Below are positions 6,963-17,003 of a DNA stretch of 64,000 bases, one piece after another (the first letter of the stretch is position 1; every line of letters begins with the position of its first letter). Below the pieces are notes generated by a model, which was given only the letters and a program-made list of their open reading frames with translations, had not been told where the DNA came from and did not search any database. The stretch comes from a virus (lineage: Duplodnaviria; Caudoviricetes): the IMG/VR virus record IMGVR_UViG_3300007754_000852; one strand, written 5' to 3'. The position numbers and the translations under genes are program-made.

Positions 6963-9953
6963 TTACGCTCTATCGTGCTCAAAAGTTGTTACGACATCAC
7001 CGCTCTCAAGTGTAAAGAAGAAAACGATATCAGCTGCACCAAACGAGTCACTAGCAACTGCAAACTCTGGACTAACTGTATAGTCACCATTTGCTGCAGA
7101 TGTACCTGATCTCATATACTGTCCATTAAGATAGACATCTAGAGCATCATAAGGATTATTTTGTGCTGTAGCATTTGTGAATCCAGTCCTTCCTGATTCT
7201 GTGTCTAACGTGAGATTCTGTCCATTTGCATGAGATGCTGTAACAGTGTAGAAGTTTCTAGACCTCTTGATCTCACCAGAAGGTGTTGAGATTGTAAGTT
7301 CACCACTTGACCCTGTTGTGATATCAATACCGCTTCCGGCAATGATGTAATCTGATCCATCGTCTAGCTTTGTTAATGAACCACTGATGTTTGTTGCAAT
7401 AAAAATACTACCTGCATCTACTGTCAGTGTATTAGAACTATGTGTTATAGTCACATCACCATTATCCCAGTTGATAACACCGCCTTCTGCGAGGAAGAGG
7501 TCTGACCACTCACCTCCGTTGCCGATCCCGAGGGATGAACCATTATTAGAGGATGGCATCACAATACCAGCTGTAAACTTTACGTCTCCAGAGCTAACTA
7601 CTGAGAGATCAGTTCCATCACCAGTGATATACTCACCAGCATTACCAAAAGCAAGCCTGTGGTTGGCGGTAGCCATGACACAGTTATTTGCTGCCTGATC
7701 AGTTAGAGTGAACTTGGATGTGCTACCAATGTTAATGATTGCGCTATCAGACAACAGATCCAAGTCATCACCGATAACTGCGCTTTTAGCAACACTCAAA
7801 CCACCATCAGTTTGAAGTGAGCCGTCAGTTGTTGAAGTTGCTTCAGTTGCATCATCAGTTTTGAGAACGCCGCTGAAAGTACCTGCACCCGTTACATCAA
7901 CTAAAGTAGCTGTTATATCAAGATCGCCACTAGAGATGATTTGTAAATCAGTTCCAGTACCAGCAATATAATCATTCGCATCACCAAAGGCTAGACGATG
8001 ATTTGCTGATGCCATCAGGGTGTTGCTTGCGTTTGAATGTGTCAACGTGAACGGTTGGTCACTTCCCACCTTGAAGATAGCTGCGTTGGAAAGTAGATCC
8101 AAGTCATCGCCGATAACAGCGCTCTTAGCAACTGATAGACCACCATCGGTCTGTAAAGAACCGTCAGTTGTTGAAGTTGCTTCAGTCGTGTCATTCTGAT
8201 TGAAAGTACCGCCGTCTACTGCTAATGAGTTTCCAGTTTGGGTAAGAGTTACATCACCACTATCCCAGTTGATGACGCCACCCTCAGCTAAGAAGAGATC
8301 AGACCATGCTGTCCCTGCGACGCCAAGTGCAGATCCATCATTAGCAGAAGGCTTAACATTTCCGCCGCCAGCGTTAATGGCAACATCAGCTGCTGCAACA
8401 ATCTGAAGATCTGTAGAGACATCAAGATAATCACTAGCACCGTCGATCTGGAATTTGCTAGCTCTTATGTCAACAAGTGTCATATCTGCCAGAGTTGTTA
8501 CAGATCCGTTGGTCACATCCTTTCTTCCAGCACCCCACACATCATTGGCCACTCGGCCAAAGACAAGTGATTGATTTGCTACCGATGAACCAGATGCCAG
8601 AGCAAGACCACCATTTGCATTTGATGATGCTGCGCCGCTACCAATGAGAACAATAGGATCCTCAACGAGAAGATTTGTAACATCAGATGTAATAGATGTT
8701 CCTGCAACCTCGAGATTTCCGTTGACTCTTACATTAGCAGAGCCGTCGAATGTGAAAGCAGCGTTACCGCTACTATCAGCTATGTTATTACCATTGACCT
8801 GCAGATTACCATCGAAGTATCCTACTCCAGCGCTGTTAATTGAAAACTGCGTCTGATCAGCATTATCCTTTACAATAAATCCATATGTTCCTGCTGCATC
8901 ACCGAGGTTTGCAGCAATACCACCAGCTGAGGCAGTTAAAGCAATAGCATCTACTGCGGCCTCTGTTGATTTAATGATAATTGCATTTGCCTGTGAAGCA
9001 CCACCAATAGTTAGATCTCCTGAAGATGCGTGCCACGTTGAAGCTGCACCTGCAGTGATATCAACCTTTCCAGATGCTGCAAGCGTTCCACCTGTTCCAT
9101 TGTCATGTGTAATGGTGACATCATCACCAGCACCAAGACTTAGAACTGCTGCATCAGAATCTAGCTTAAGATCATTAGAGATGTTAACTGAAGTAGAGGC
9201 ATTGATATCAACAATTGGTGCTGTTATCTCTAACTCTGCATCTGCGTCGATGTCTAGCTGACCGTCAACTGAAGAGTGAATGACAAGCGCGCTATCTCTA
9301 AACTGAAGCTGTATATTTGCTGATCCACTAAGCAGCAGACCTGTATCTGCTACGTGTGATAGTTGCACATCCTGATCTGAACCGAAATATGAGACACCAC
9401 CGTCTGCAAGGTATAGATCTGACCACTCACCAGAAGTAGAACCAAGAGCACTACCATCAGCTGTTGCCGGATAGATAGATGTTGCATTCATTCGAATTTC
9501 ATCATTTCCATTAACTTCAAATGTTATATCAGTTGCTCCCTGTGATCGAACTGAAACTGTATCACCCGTATCAAGATCAATGCGCCCTGTACCACCAATG
9601 CTAATGCTACCTTGACCATTTAGATCAATTGCATCAACATATAGGTTAGCAAATGCGATTCCAGACGCACCTAGATCTGCACCGCTATCGGCATCAGGTC
9701 TAAACCTTGTGTTAGCTGTAATTGTACCAGCTGTTAACGTTGAAAACGTCGGTGTGGCGCTGCTTGCGGCATCATACCAGTTTGTTGTTCCCTTGATGTC
9801 TTCAACTATCTTTCTCAGGTTGTTCATGTCCTGCTGTAAGTTTGATGCAGACAGCATTGTACTGTCGACAGTAATTGCAGTAACTGTCGCAACTGACATG
9901 TCAGAAGAACCTGTAATTTGCTGTTGTCTAAATTTTGTACTAGAACCAGCCAT
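6963..9953 (-). CDS. Long fibre-like virion protein with internal repeats (996 aa)
   Basis: G/S/T/D-rich beta repeats. WSDL(Y/F)LA(D/E)GG occurs 3x and a 31-aa block occurs 2x. C-terminal LDVYLNGQ...GDYT domain. Confidence 0.75.
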   Translation of the reverse strand: MAGSSTKFRQQQITGSSDMSVATVTAITVDSTMLSASNLQQDMNNLRKIVEDIKGTTNWYDAASSATPTFSTLTAGTITANTRFRPDADSGADLGASGIAFANLYVDAIDLNGQGSISIGGTGRIDLDTGDTVSVRSQGATDITFEVNGNDEIRMNATSIYPATADGSALGSTSGEWSDLYLADGGVSYFGSDQDVQLSHVADTGLLLSGSANIQLQFRDSALVIHSSVDGQLDIDADAELEITAPIVDINASTSVNISNDLKLDSDAAVLSLGAGDDVTITHDNGTGGTLAASGKVDITAGAASTWHASSGDLTIGGASQANAIIIKSTEAAVDAIALTASAGGIAANLGDAAGTYGFIVKDNADQTQFSINSAGVGYFDGNLQVNGNNIADSSGNAAFTFDGSANVRVNGNLEVAGTSITSDVTNLLVEDPIVLIGSGAASSNANGGLALASGSSVANQSLVFGRVANDVWGAGRKDVTNGSVTTLADMTLVDIRASKFQIDGASDYLDVSTDLQIVAAADVAINAGGGNVKPSANDGSALGVAGTAWSDLFLAEGGVINWDSGDVTLTQTGNSLAVDGGTFNQNDTTEATSTTDGSLQTDGGLSVAKSAVIGDDLDLLSNAAIFKVGSDQPFTLTHSNASNTLMASANHRLAFGDANDYIAGTGTDLQIISSGDLDITATLVDVTGAGTFSGVLKTDDATEATSTTDGSLQTDGGLSVAKSAVIGDDLDLLSDSAIINIGSTSKFTLTDQAANNCVMATANHRLAFGNAGEYITGDGTDLSVVSSGDVKFTAGIVMPSSNNGSSLGIGNGGEWSDLFLAEGGVINWDNGDVTITHSSNTLTVDAGSIFIATNISGSLTKLDDGSDYIIAGSGIDITTGSSGELTISTPSGEIKRSRNFYTVTASHANGQNLTLDTESGRTGFTNATAQNNPYDALDVYLNGQYMRSGTSAANGDYTVSPEFAVASDSFGAADIVFFFTLESGDVVTTFEHDRA
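7756..8186. repeat. Intragenic direct repeat, 92 bp x2 (7756-7847 and 8095-8186)
   Basis: Both copies encode TEATSTTDGSLQTDGGLSVAKSAVIGDDLDL, with only synonymous differences. Confidence 0.85.
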
Positions 9954-9965
9954 AATTATTTTTCC

Positions 9966-10023
9966 TTTTGTTTTGTTGTGTTAAATTCCTAACTTACACA
10001 CACACACACAACCAAATACAAAA
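9966..10023 (-). promoter_or_regulatory. Structured 5' leader hairpin with (GU)n microsatellite upstream of the fibre gene
   Basis: mRNA UUUUGU-A-UUUG-G-UUGUGU pairs with ACACAA-CAAA-ACAAAA directly before the AAGGA SD. The (AC) run is at 9996-10010. Confidence 0.5.
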
Positions 10024-10084
10024 ACGAAACTTTTCATCTTTAAATATTACAGCTAGTCAAGATTTTAAAGATAAGGCTGATCTT

Positions 10085-10303
10085 TTATGATCTGTAGAGA
10101 ATTTTCTTTAACGTTCTAACGTGGTTGTCAAATTTTGAAAATTCACTATTGACAAATTCAATTGACAGTTGTATAGCCTTATTATCTGAATCATTAAAGA
10201 TGAATTCAAATTTTCCACTAGTCCTTGTTGCATTGAGCAAAGGAAGTCCCCGCATCACAAGGAATGCTGCTAAGGCTAAATCTGATGTTTTATATTCTGT
10301 CAC
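10085..10303 (-). CDS. DUF5659-like small putative DNA-binding protein
   Basis: YKTSDLALAAFL...KFEFIF...RTLKKILY pattern recalled for this phage family. Confidence 0.6.
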   Translation of the reverse strand: MTEYKTSDLALAAFLVMRGLPLLNATRTSGKFEFIFNDSDNKAIQLSIEFVNSEFSKFDNHVRTLKKILYRS

Positions 10304-10351
10304 TTGCCATCTTCATTATGTAATCATAAATATTTGCTCCGAAAGATCATT

Positions 10352-13300
10352 TTAAGAAATATAGGGATATGTTGCAAATATAATGTCTGATGAAAGGGGT
10401 GCGGCATTAAATGTTACATCCTGACCGCTGACGACAACGTCATTATTTACACCTTGAGTGAGAAGCTGTCCGTTCATGTATATCATTACACTGCTTGTCG
10501 TTGACGGAGTCTTTGATATCGTAAATGCTGTATTAGAGCCATTTTGTGTGCCAGCAGGTGTCTCATTGAACTTAACCGTCGCTGTTCCGCCCGTAACAGC
10601 CTTGCTATATGTTGACCTCATGACATCACCCACAATGGGTACCCATGACGCAGCAAACGTTATCGTGTCATCAACAAGCGTATAGTCTGAAGATGATCCA
10701 GACGTCTGAAGCGAACCATTTAGATATAGCATTAGGCTTGTGTCAGGGTTTGGTGTGTTGGCAAGCGTAAACACCCTGTTGACTCCGTTAATTGATCCAG
10801 ACGGTGTCTCGTTGAATACCATCTGATTTTTTATCTGCTCGCTATCAGCATTGATGGTAATTTGGCCGTTTGATCCTGTTGATATTGTAACATTATCACC
10901 TGCAACAAGATATGGTAATCCGCTTGTTAGACTGATCAAAGAGCCTGATAATCCTGCATCAAACTTAACAGCTCCGTTAAACGTTGTGCCTGAAACTGTT
11001 GCGACAACGCTATCATCGATATTAAGTGTAACAGCTCCAGACGTTCCACCGCCTGTCAATCCGGTTCCTGCAGTAACAGAAGTGATATCGCCAGACCCTG
11101 CACCTCCGTCGCTTGTTATTGTTAGCGCTCCGCTGGAGCCAGTCGAGATAGAAATGCCAGATCCGGCAATGAGATAATCAGACCCATCAGACAATGATGT
11201 AAGTGACCCAGACAATCCAGCTGAGTGGACTGTTACACCTGTAAATGTCGTACCTGAAACTGTCGCAACGACGCTGTCATCTATATTTAACGTCACTGCA
11301 CCAGACGTTCCGCCTCCTGAGAGGCCTGTTCCGGCTGTAACTGATGTTATGTCACCAGTACCTGCGCTTCCGTCCGTTGATATTGTTAAAGCACCGCTTG
11401 ATCCAGTTGAAATTGATATGCCGCCACCTGCAACAAGATATTCTGACCCATCTGTTAGTGTTGTAAGAGAGCCGCTTAATCCTGCGCTAAACCCAACTGA
11501 TCCATTAAACGTTGTTCCTGACACTGTCGCAACAACACTATCATCAACTGAAAACTCTGTACTAGAAAGACTTAGACCTGTACCTGCGGTATATGTTGTA
11601 TTTGTGTCTGTGGATGATATTGATATCTGTCCAGATGACCCTGTAGAAATGGTAACGTTGCTACCTGCAGCGAGGTATGATGTTCCATTAGATAGATTCT
11701 GTAACGAACCAGACAAGCCAGACGATGCAACAACATTTCCTGAGAATGTTGTTCCTGAAACAGTTGCGACGACACTGTCATCAATATTAAGAGTAACAGC
11801 TCCAGATGTTCCTCCCCCTGAGAGACCTGTTCCTGCAGTTACAGCTGTTATATCTCCAGTTCCTGCTGCTGTAGATGAAATTGTAATTGCGCCTGATGAA
11901 CCTGTTGAAATTGTAACATTTGATCCGGCAATTAGATAGTTAGATCCATCTGTTAGTTTTGTTAATGATCCAGACAATCCTTGTGAAAAATTAACAACTC
12001 CGCTAAATGATGTTCCTGAAACTGTTGCAACTATACTGTCGTCTACACTAAATGTCGTGCTTGATAAGCTTAGTCCGGTTCCGGCTGTGTATGTTGTATT
12101 TGTGTCTGTTGAAGCAATTGTTATTTGACCATTTGACGCAGTTGTAATTGCTACATTGCTGCCTGCTGAAAGATATGACAATCCTCCTGAAAGGTTCTGA
12201 AGTGATCCTGATAGACCAGATGATGCAACAATGTTGCCTGTAAATATTGCTCCTGATATTGTTGCAACGATGCTGTCGTCGATCGCTAATTCAGTTGAAT
12301 CAATCTTTAGACCGCCAGAAGATTTGACATCGATACTAAACTCTGTGCTAGAGAGATCTAGGCCGTCACCAGCAGTGTAAGTCGTATTGGTGTCAGTTGA
12401 AGCAATTACTATCTGCCCTGTCGAACCAGTTGAAACTGTAACATTGCTTCCTCCCGCTAAATACGACGTCCCATCTGATAGATGGTGTAAAGATCCTGAC
12501 AATCCTGCGCCAAATGAAACTGCTCCTGTGAAATTACTACCTGATATTGTTGCAACAGTGCTATCATCAATATTTAAGGTTACAACTCCAGATGTTCCGC
12601 CTCCTGTCAGTCCAGTTCCAGCAGTTACGGCAGTTATATCTCCAACTGTTCCATCGTTTGTAATAGTTAAAGCTCCGCTTGATCCTGTTGAAATAGAAAT
12701 TCCAGAACCTGCAATGAGGTATTCTGAACCATCTGCTAGAGCTGTCAAAGAGCCGCTAAGCTTATCTGCAAAAACTTGTCCTGATAGATGTAGATTGCTT
12801 TGAATTGCACCTGAGACATAGATGTCAGGCGAAGCTACGCCAAATGTTGCTGAGCCGCTAAGATCTCCTATTACTATTGATCCTGAATTTAGTCTAAAAT
12901 ATGAGCTACCGCTGTACTGAAAATCTATTCCTGTAGCGCCGTTTAGAGTTAGAGTTCCAGCAGATGTTTCTATCTCTGTCGCAACTGAAGACTTTATTAT
13001 CTTAGAAGAAGAATTCTTTATTGTTCCTGTTAATGAGAAATCAGAGACTGATCCAGAAAGATAAACTCCATTATCAAACTTAACAGCGCCATTAAACACA
13101 GCACCAGAAACTGTTGCAACTATAGAGTCGTCTATGCTGAATGTTGTACTAGATAGATCAAGACCTGTTCCGGCTGTGTATGTTGTATTTGTGTCTGTTG
13201 ATGAGACAGTTATCTGTCCAGAGGAGCCGGTTGAAATGGTGACATTAGAACCTGCAGCGAGGTATGATGTTCCATTAGATAAATTCTGCAATGAGCCAGA

Positions 13301-16300
13301 TAGGCCTGATGATGCAACAACGTTTCCTGAGAATGTTGTTCCTGACACAGTAGCAACAACACTATCATCGATGCTAAACGTCGTGCTAGAAAGATCTAAT
13401 CCTGTTCCAGCTGTATACGTGGTGTTTGTGTCTGTGGATGATATTGATATCTGTCCAGATGACCCTGTAGAAATAGTTACGTTGCTACCTGCAGCGAGGT
13501 ATGATGTTCCATTAGATAGATTCTGTAACGATCCAGACAAGCCAGACGATGCAACAACATTTCCTGAGAATGTTGTTCCTGAAACAGTTGCGACGACACT
13601 GTCGTCTATGCTAAATGTTGTGCTAGAAAGATCTAACCCTGTGCCAGCTGTGTAGGTGGTGTTTGTGTCTGTTGATGCAATTGTGACCTGACCTGTTGAC
13701 CCTGTAGAAATAGTTACGTTGCTACCTGCTGCAAGGTATGAAGTTCCATCTGTCAATCTTGTTAGTGATCCAGAAAGACCCTGTGTGTGCTTTGTCACTC
13801 CTGTAAATGATGATCCCGATATTGTTGCAACTGTACTATCGTTTATGTTGAGTGTTACTGCCCCAGACGTTCCGCCACCGGTCAATCCAGTTCCTGCAGT
13901 AACGGATGATATGTCTCCAACTGTTCCGTCATTTGTGATTGTTAGTGCACCGCTAGAACCCGTTGAGATAGAAATTCCAGATCCAGCAATGAGATATTCA
14001 GTTCCATCAGTCAGAGCTGTAAGTGATCCGCTTAATCCGGATGTAAATCTGGCCGTTCCCGTAACTGACATGTCAGACACAGAACCTGAAAAGTGTACGT
14101 TGTCTGTAAATGTTGTTCCAGATGAAACTTGAGCTACGACATTAGTGTTTATTGCAACGGTTATAGATGATCCCACACCAGCATCAGATATTGTCAGACC
14201 AGAGCCTGCTGCAAGAACTCTTTCATTTTGAAGAGACCCTGTTGATGATAGCACAACATATGACGCTGCATCATCAGCACCTCCAGCTGCTGCTGTAACA
14301 GTAACGTTTCCAGACGATCCTGTTGATAGTGTTATGTTTTTTCCTGCAACTAAGTACGGTGATCCGTCAGCTAGTGTTGTTAATGATCCACTAAGACTAT
14401 CTGCAAAAACAGATCCTGACAGATAAATGCTGTTATCTATCTTTGTTGAATCAGATGAGATGTGAACCTGTGGTCCCTTAATTGATCCCGTTAACGTAAA
14501 ATCTGAAACAGATCCTGACAAATACACATCATTGCTAAATTTAACTCCTCCTGTAAAATTGCTTCCTGAAACTGTCGCAACAACACTATCATCGATATTT
14601 AACGTTACTGCACCAGATGTTCCTCCTCCTGAGAGACCTGTTCCTGCTGTTACAGCTGTTATATCTCCAACTGTTCCATCATTAGTGATTGTCAGAGAGC
14701 CATCTGTGCCTGTTGAAATTGAGATTCCAGAACCGGCTATAAGATATTCTGATCCGTCAGACAATGTCGTTAGTGATCCGCTAAGACCACTATTGAACCT
14801 AGCTGTTCCTGTTGCAACAAACGATGACACAGATCCGTGAAAATAAACTCCGGCAGGATCTATCGAAAACAACTGTGTTCCGGCATTTTGAAGAGAGACA
14901 CCCGTCTGTCCGTCAATCGTTACCTTTCCTGACTTTGTCTCTATCTCTGTTGCAACTGATGACTCAATTATCTTTGAAGCAGAGCTTTTTATTGTCCCTG
15001 TTAGAGTAAAATCTGATACAGATCCTGAGAGATGTATACTTCCAGATCCAACATATACGCTTCCTGTCGTTGCAATGATTACATCTGTTCCGCCCTGCTT
15101 GATCTTTATTCCATCTCGTCCATCTAGAGTTAAAAATCCTCCTGCTGTCTCTATCTCTGTTGCAACTGATGACTCAATTATCTTTGAGACATTACTTTTA
15201 ATTGTTCCTGTTAATGAGAAGTCAGACACTGATCCTGATAGGTGTATATTATCATCAAACTTTGCACCCTTGTCAAACTCTGCCTGATTATCAAATCTCA
15301 CATATCCATCAAATTCGACGTCTGGATCACTTGTCGATCCTCCGGTATTTGCAAACCAAACATCTCCTTGATTTTCAAACTTAACATCTCTGCTATCCTG
15401 AACAGAGATAACAGCAACTCCTCCCTCATGAATCGACACGCCTGTCTTTCCATCAAGAACTAGCTTCCCTGCTGACGTCTCTATCTCTGTTGCAACTGAT
15501 GACTCAATAATCTTTGAAGCTGAACTCTTTATCGTTCCTGTTAGTGCGAAGTCAGACACTGATCCTGAAAGGTGAACACTACCACTATGCTGTACTGGAC
15601 CGTTAAAATATGAATTAGATGATACCTCTAATCCAGAGCTTGCCTTTATTGTTCCGGTTGCTGTGAAATCAGAAACTGTTGCAGAAAGATATAGATTATT
15701 TTCAATCTTAGTTGCATCTGATGTTACATGAAGAGAAGGTCCTCGTATGGCTCCGGTCAAAATAAAACCCGAGACGCTTCCTGACATGTGAACAGCATCA
15801 TTAAAATATGATGATCCGGTTACTTGTATTCCTGAGCTTGCCTTTATTGTTCCGGTTGCTGTGAAATCAGAAACAGATCCTGAGAAGTGTACGTTGTCTG
15901 TGAACGTTGTACCTGATACCAGTTTTGCGACGACATTTTCATTAATTCTTAAAAGGTATGTTCCACCAGCGCCGCCATCCGTCGCCCTAAGGCCGTTATC
16001 TAGTCCTAATAATCTCTCATTTGGCAAAGAGCTCGTCAGGCCTAAAACTACAAACTTTGCATCTTTATCAGCGCCTCCTGCACCCGCTGAGGGAGCTGAA
16101 ATGATTACCTGGCCGGCTGCATCTGAACCAGAATCAATCGTGATATTATCACCTGCGCTAAGATAGCTCCTTCCATCTATTAACCTGTGTAAGGATCCTG
16201 TCATTCCTGTTTGAAATTTTGCTGAACCCGTTGCCTCAAACGCTGATATTGACTGTGAAAAATGAACCCTGCTATCAAACAGCGTCGATGAAGCAGATAC

Positions 16301-16861
16301 ATGAAACTGTGCACCTCTTATCGAACCTGTTAAGTTGAAACCAGATACATTTCCAAACAGGTATGTATTGCTCTCCATAGTCACATCAGACTTAAAGATG
16401 CTTGCTGATGAAACAAACGCTAAGTCATTTGTATTTGCAGCAATCGTTATATTTCCGCCAGCGCCTCCATCATTAAATGTTAGACCTGCGCCGGCTGCAA
16501 GGACCCTCTCGGCATTTAATGACCCTGTTGCCTCAAGAACAACAAATGTTGCGTCTCTATCTCCTTTTCCGCTACCAACATTCGCTTTTATGTGTATTGA
16601 TCCTTTTGATCCAGTCGTAACAATAATATTGTCTCCGCCCTGAATAAAGTCTGATCCGTCAATTAGCTTTGTAATTGATCCAGTTATTCCTCCAGATGCA
16701 ACTAAAACACCCTTTGTAGTTAATTGACTTTTAAATGCGTCTGAGTCTAGTCCAACCTGAAAGCTGTTTGGAGAGATAATTCTATCAACTCTTTCAGAGA
16801 GTTTCTTTTGGAGAACTATAAAGTCACTCTTTTTTATATCACTCTTTCTACTAGACGACAT
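10352..16861 (-). CDS. Giant repeat-rich fibre/adhesin-like virion protein (2169 aa)
   Basis: More than 10 copies of a GLSGSLxxLxDGxxYLxAGxxxxIxTGSxG module with two alternative linkers, SVATEIET repeats x4, and a duplicated C-terminal NETPxGxxNGxN...YxNG domain. Confidence 0.8.
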   Translation of the reverse strand: MSSSRKSDIKKSDFIVLQKKLSERVDRIISPNSFQVGLDSDAFKSQLTTKGVLVASGGITGSITKLIDGSDFIQGGDNIIVTTGSKGSIHIKANVGSGKGDRDATFVVLEATGSLNAERVLAAGAGLTFNDGGAGGNITIAANTNDLAFVSSASIFKSDVTMESNTYLFGNVSGFNLTGSIRGAQFHVSASSTLFDSRVHFSQSISAFEATGSAKFQTGMTGSLHRLIDGRSYLSAGDNITIDSGSDAAGQVIISAPSAGAGGADKDAKFVVLGLTSSLPNERLLGLDNGLRATDGGAGGTYLLRINENVVAKLVSGTTFTDNVHFSGSVSDFTATGTIKASSGIQVTGSSYFNDAVHMSGSVSGFILTGAIRGPSLHVTSDATKIENNLYLSATVSDFTATGTIKASSGLEVSSNSYFNGPVQHSGSVHLSGSVSDFALTGTIKSSASKIIESSVATEIETSAGKLVLDGKTGVSIHEGGVAVISVQDSRDVKFENQGDVWFANTGGSTSDPDVEFDGYVRFDNQAEFDKGAKFDDNIHLSGSVSDFSLTGTIKSNVSKIIESSVATEIETAGGFLTLDGRDGIKIKQGGTDVIIATTGSVYVGSGSIHLSGSVSDFTLTGTIKSSASKIIESSVATEIETKSGKVTIDGQTGVSLQNAGTQLFSIDPAGVYFHGSVSSFVATGTARFNSGLSGSLTTLSDGSEYLIAGSGISISTGTDGSLTITNDGTVGDITAVTAGTGLSGGGTSGAVTLNIDDSVVATVSGSNFTGGVKFSNDVYLSGSVSDFTLTGSIKGPQVHISSDSTKIDNSIYLSGSVFADSLSGSLTTLADGSPYLVAGKNITLSTGSSGNVTVTAAAGGADDAASYVVLSSTGSLQNERVLAAGSGLTISDAGVGSSITVAINTNVVAQVSSGTTFTDNVHFSGSVSDMSVTGTARFTSGLSGSLTALTDGTEYLIAGSGISISTGSSGALTITNDGTVGDISSVTAGTGLTGGGTSGAVTLNINDSTVATISGSSFTGVTKHTQGLSGSLTRLTDGTSYLAAGSNVTISTGSTGQVTIASTDTNTTYTAGTGLDLSSTTFSIDDSVVATVSGTTFSGNVVASSGLSGSLQNLSNGTSYLAAGSNVTISTGSSGQISISSTDTNTTYTAGTGLDLSSTTFSIDDSVVATVSGTTFSGNVVASSGLSGSLQNLSNGTSYLAAGSNVTISTGSSGQITVSSTDTNTTYTAGTGLDLSSTTFSIDDSIVATVSGAVFNGAVKFDNGVYLSGSVSDFSLTGTIKNSSSKIIKSSVATEIETSAGTLTLNGATGIDFQYSGSSYFRLNSGSIVIGDLSGSATFGVASPDIYVSGAIQSNLHLSGQVFADKLSGSLTALADGSEYLIAGSGISISTGSSGALTITNDGTVGDITAVTAGTGLTGGGTSGVVTLNIDDSTVATISGSNFTGAVSFGAGLSGSLHHLSDGTSYLAGGSNVTVSTGSTGQIVIASTDTNTTYTAGDGLDLSSTEFSIDVKSSGGLKIDSTELAIDDSIVATISGAIFTGNIVASSGLSGSLQNLSGGLSYLSAGSNVAITTASNGQITIASTDTNTTYTAGTGLSLSSTTFSVDDSIVATVSGTSFSGVVNFSQGLSGSLTKLTDGSNYLIAGSNVTISTGSSGAITISSTAAGTGDITAVTAGTGLSGGGTSGAVTLNIDDSVVATVSGTTFSGNVVASSGLSGSLQNLSNGTSYLAAGSNVTISTGSSGQISISSTDTNTTYTAGTGLSLSSTEFSVDDSVVATVSGTTFNGSVGFSAGLSGSLTTLTDGSEYLVAGGGISISTGSSGALTISTDGSAGTGDITSVTAGTGLSGGGTSGAVTLNIDDSVVATVSGTTFTGVTVHSAGLSGSLTSLSDGSDYLIAGSGISISTGSSGALTITSDGGAGSGDITSVTAGTGLTGGGTSGAVTLNIDDSVVATVSGTTFNGAVKFDAGLSGSLISLTSGLPYLVAGDNVTISTGSNGQITINADSEQIKNQMVFNETPSGSINGVNRVFTLANTPNPDTSLMLYLNGSLQTSGSSSDYTLVDDTITFAASWVPIVGDVMRSTYSKAVTGGTATVKFNETPAGTQNGSNTAFTISKTPSTTSSVMIYMNGQLLTQGVNNDVVVSGQDVTFNAAPLSSDIIFATYPYIS
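11601..11779. repeat. 179-bp near-identical repeat copy (partner 13425-13603)
   Basis: Manual alignment gives 176/179 identical, and all 3 differences are synonymous. Confidence 0.9.
13130..13660. repeat. Tandem ~234-bp (78-aa) repeats within the giant fibre gene
   Basis: STDTNTTYTAGTGLDLSSTTFSIDDSVVATVSGTTFSGNVVASSGLSGSLQNLSNGTSYLAAGSNVTISTGSSGQI repeated back to back. Confidence 0.85.
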
Positions 16862-17003
16862 CTGTAACTCTTAACATAGATAGTTTCACTTAAAGCACAC
16901 TCATCCAACAATAAATATAGTTGTTATGAAGAGTAAGCCAGTTGATTTTAATCAACAGCGATATTTTATAAGGCGACTTACTGTCATAGATTAATTAAAA
17001 TAG

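Noticed and set aside
11601-13603. Diversity-generating retroelement template/variable repeat pair
   Set aside because: Only 3 differences, all synonymous. Both copies lie inside one ORF, and there is no reverse transcriptase in the window.
7387-16643. Many plus-strand ORFs antisense to the fibre genes (also those opposite the sheath and scaffold genes)
   Set aside because: Shadow ORFs produced by the codon bias and repeats of the real minus-strand genes; no independent motifs.
6963-16861. CRISPR array suggested by recurring DNA repeats
   Set aside because: The repeats are in-frame protein repeats with wobble-position variation, not identical repeats with unique spacers.
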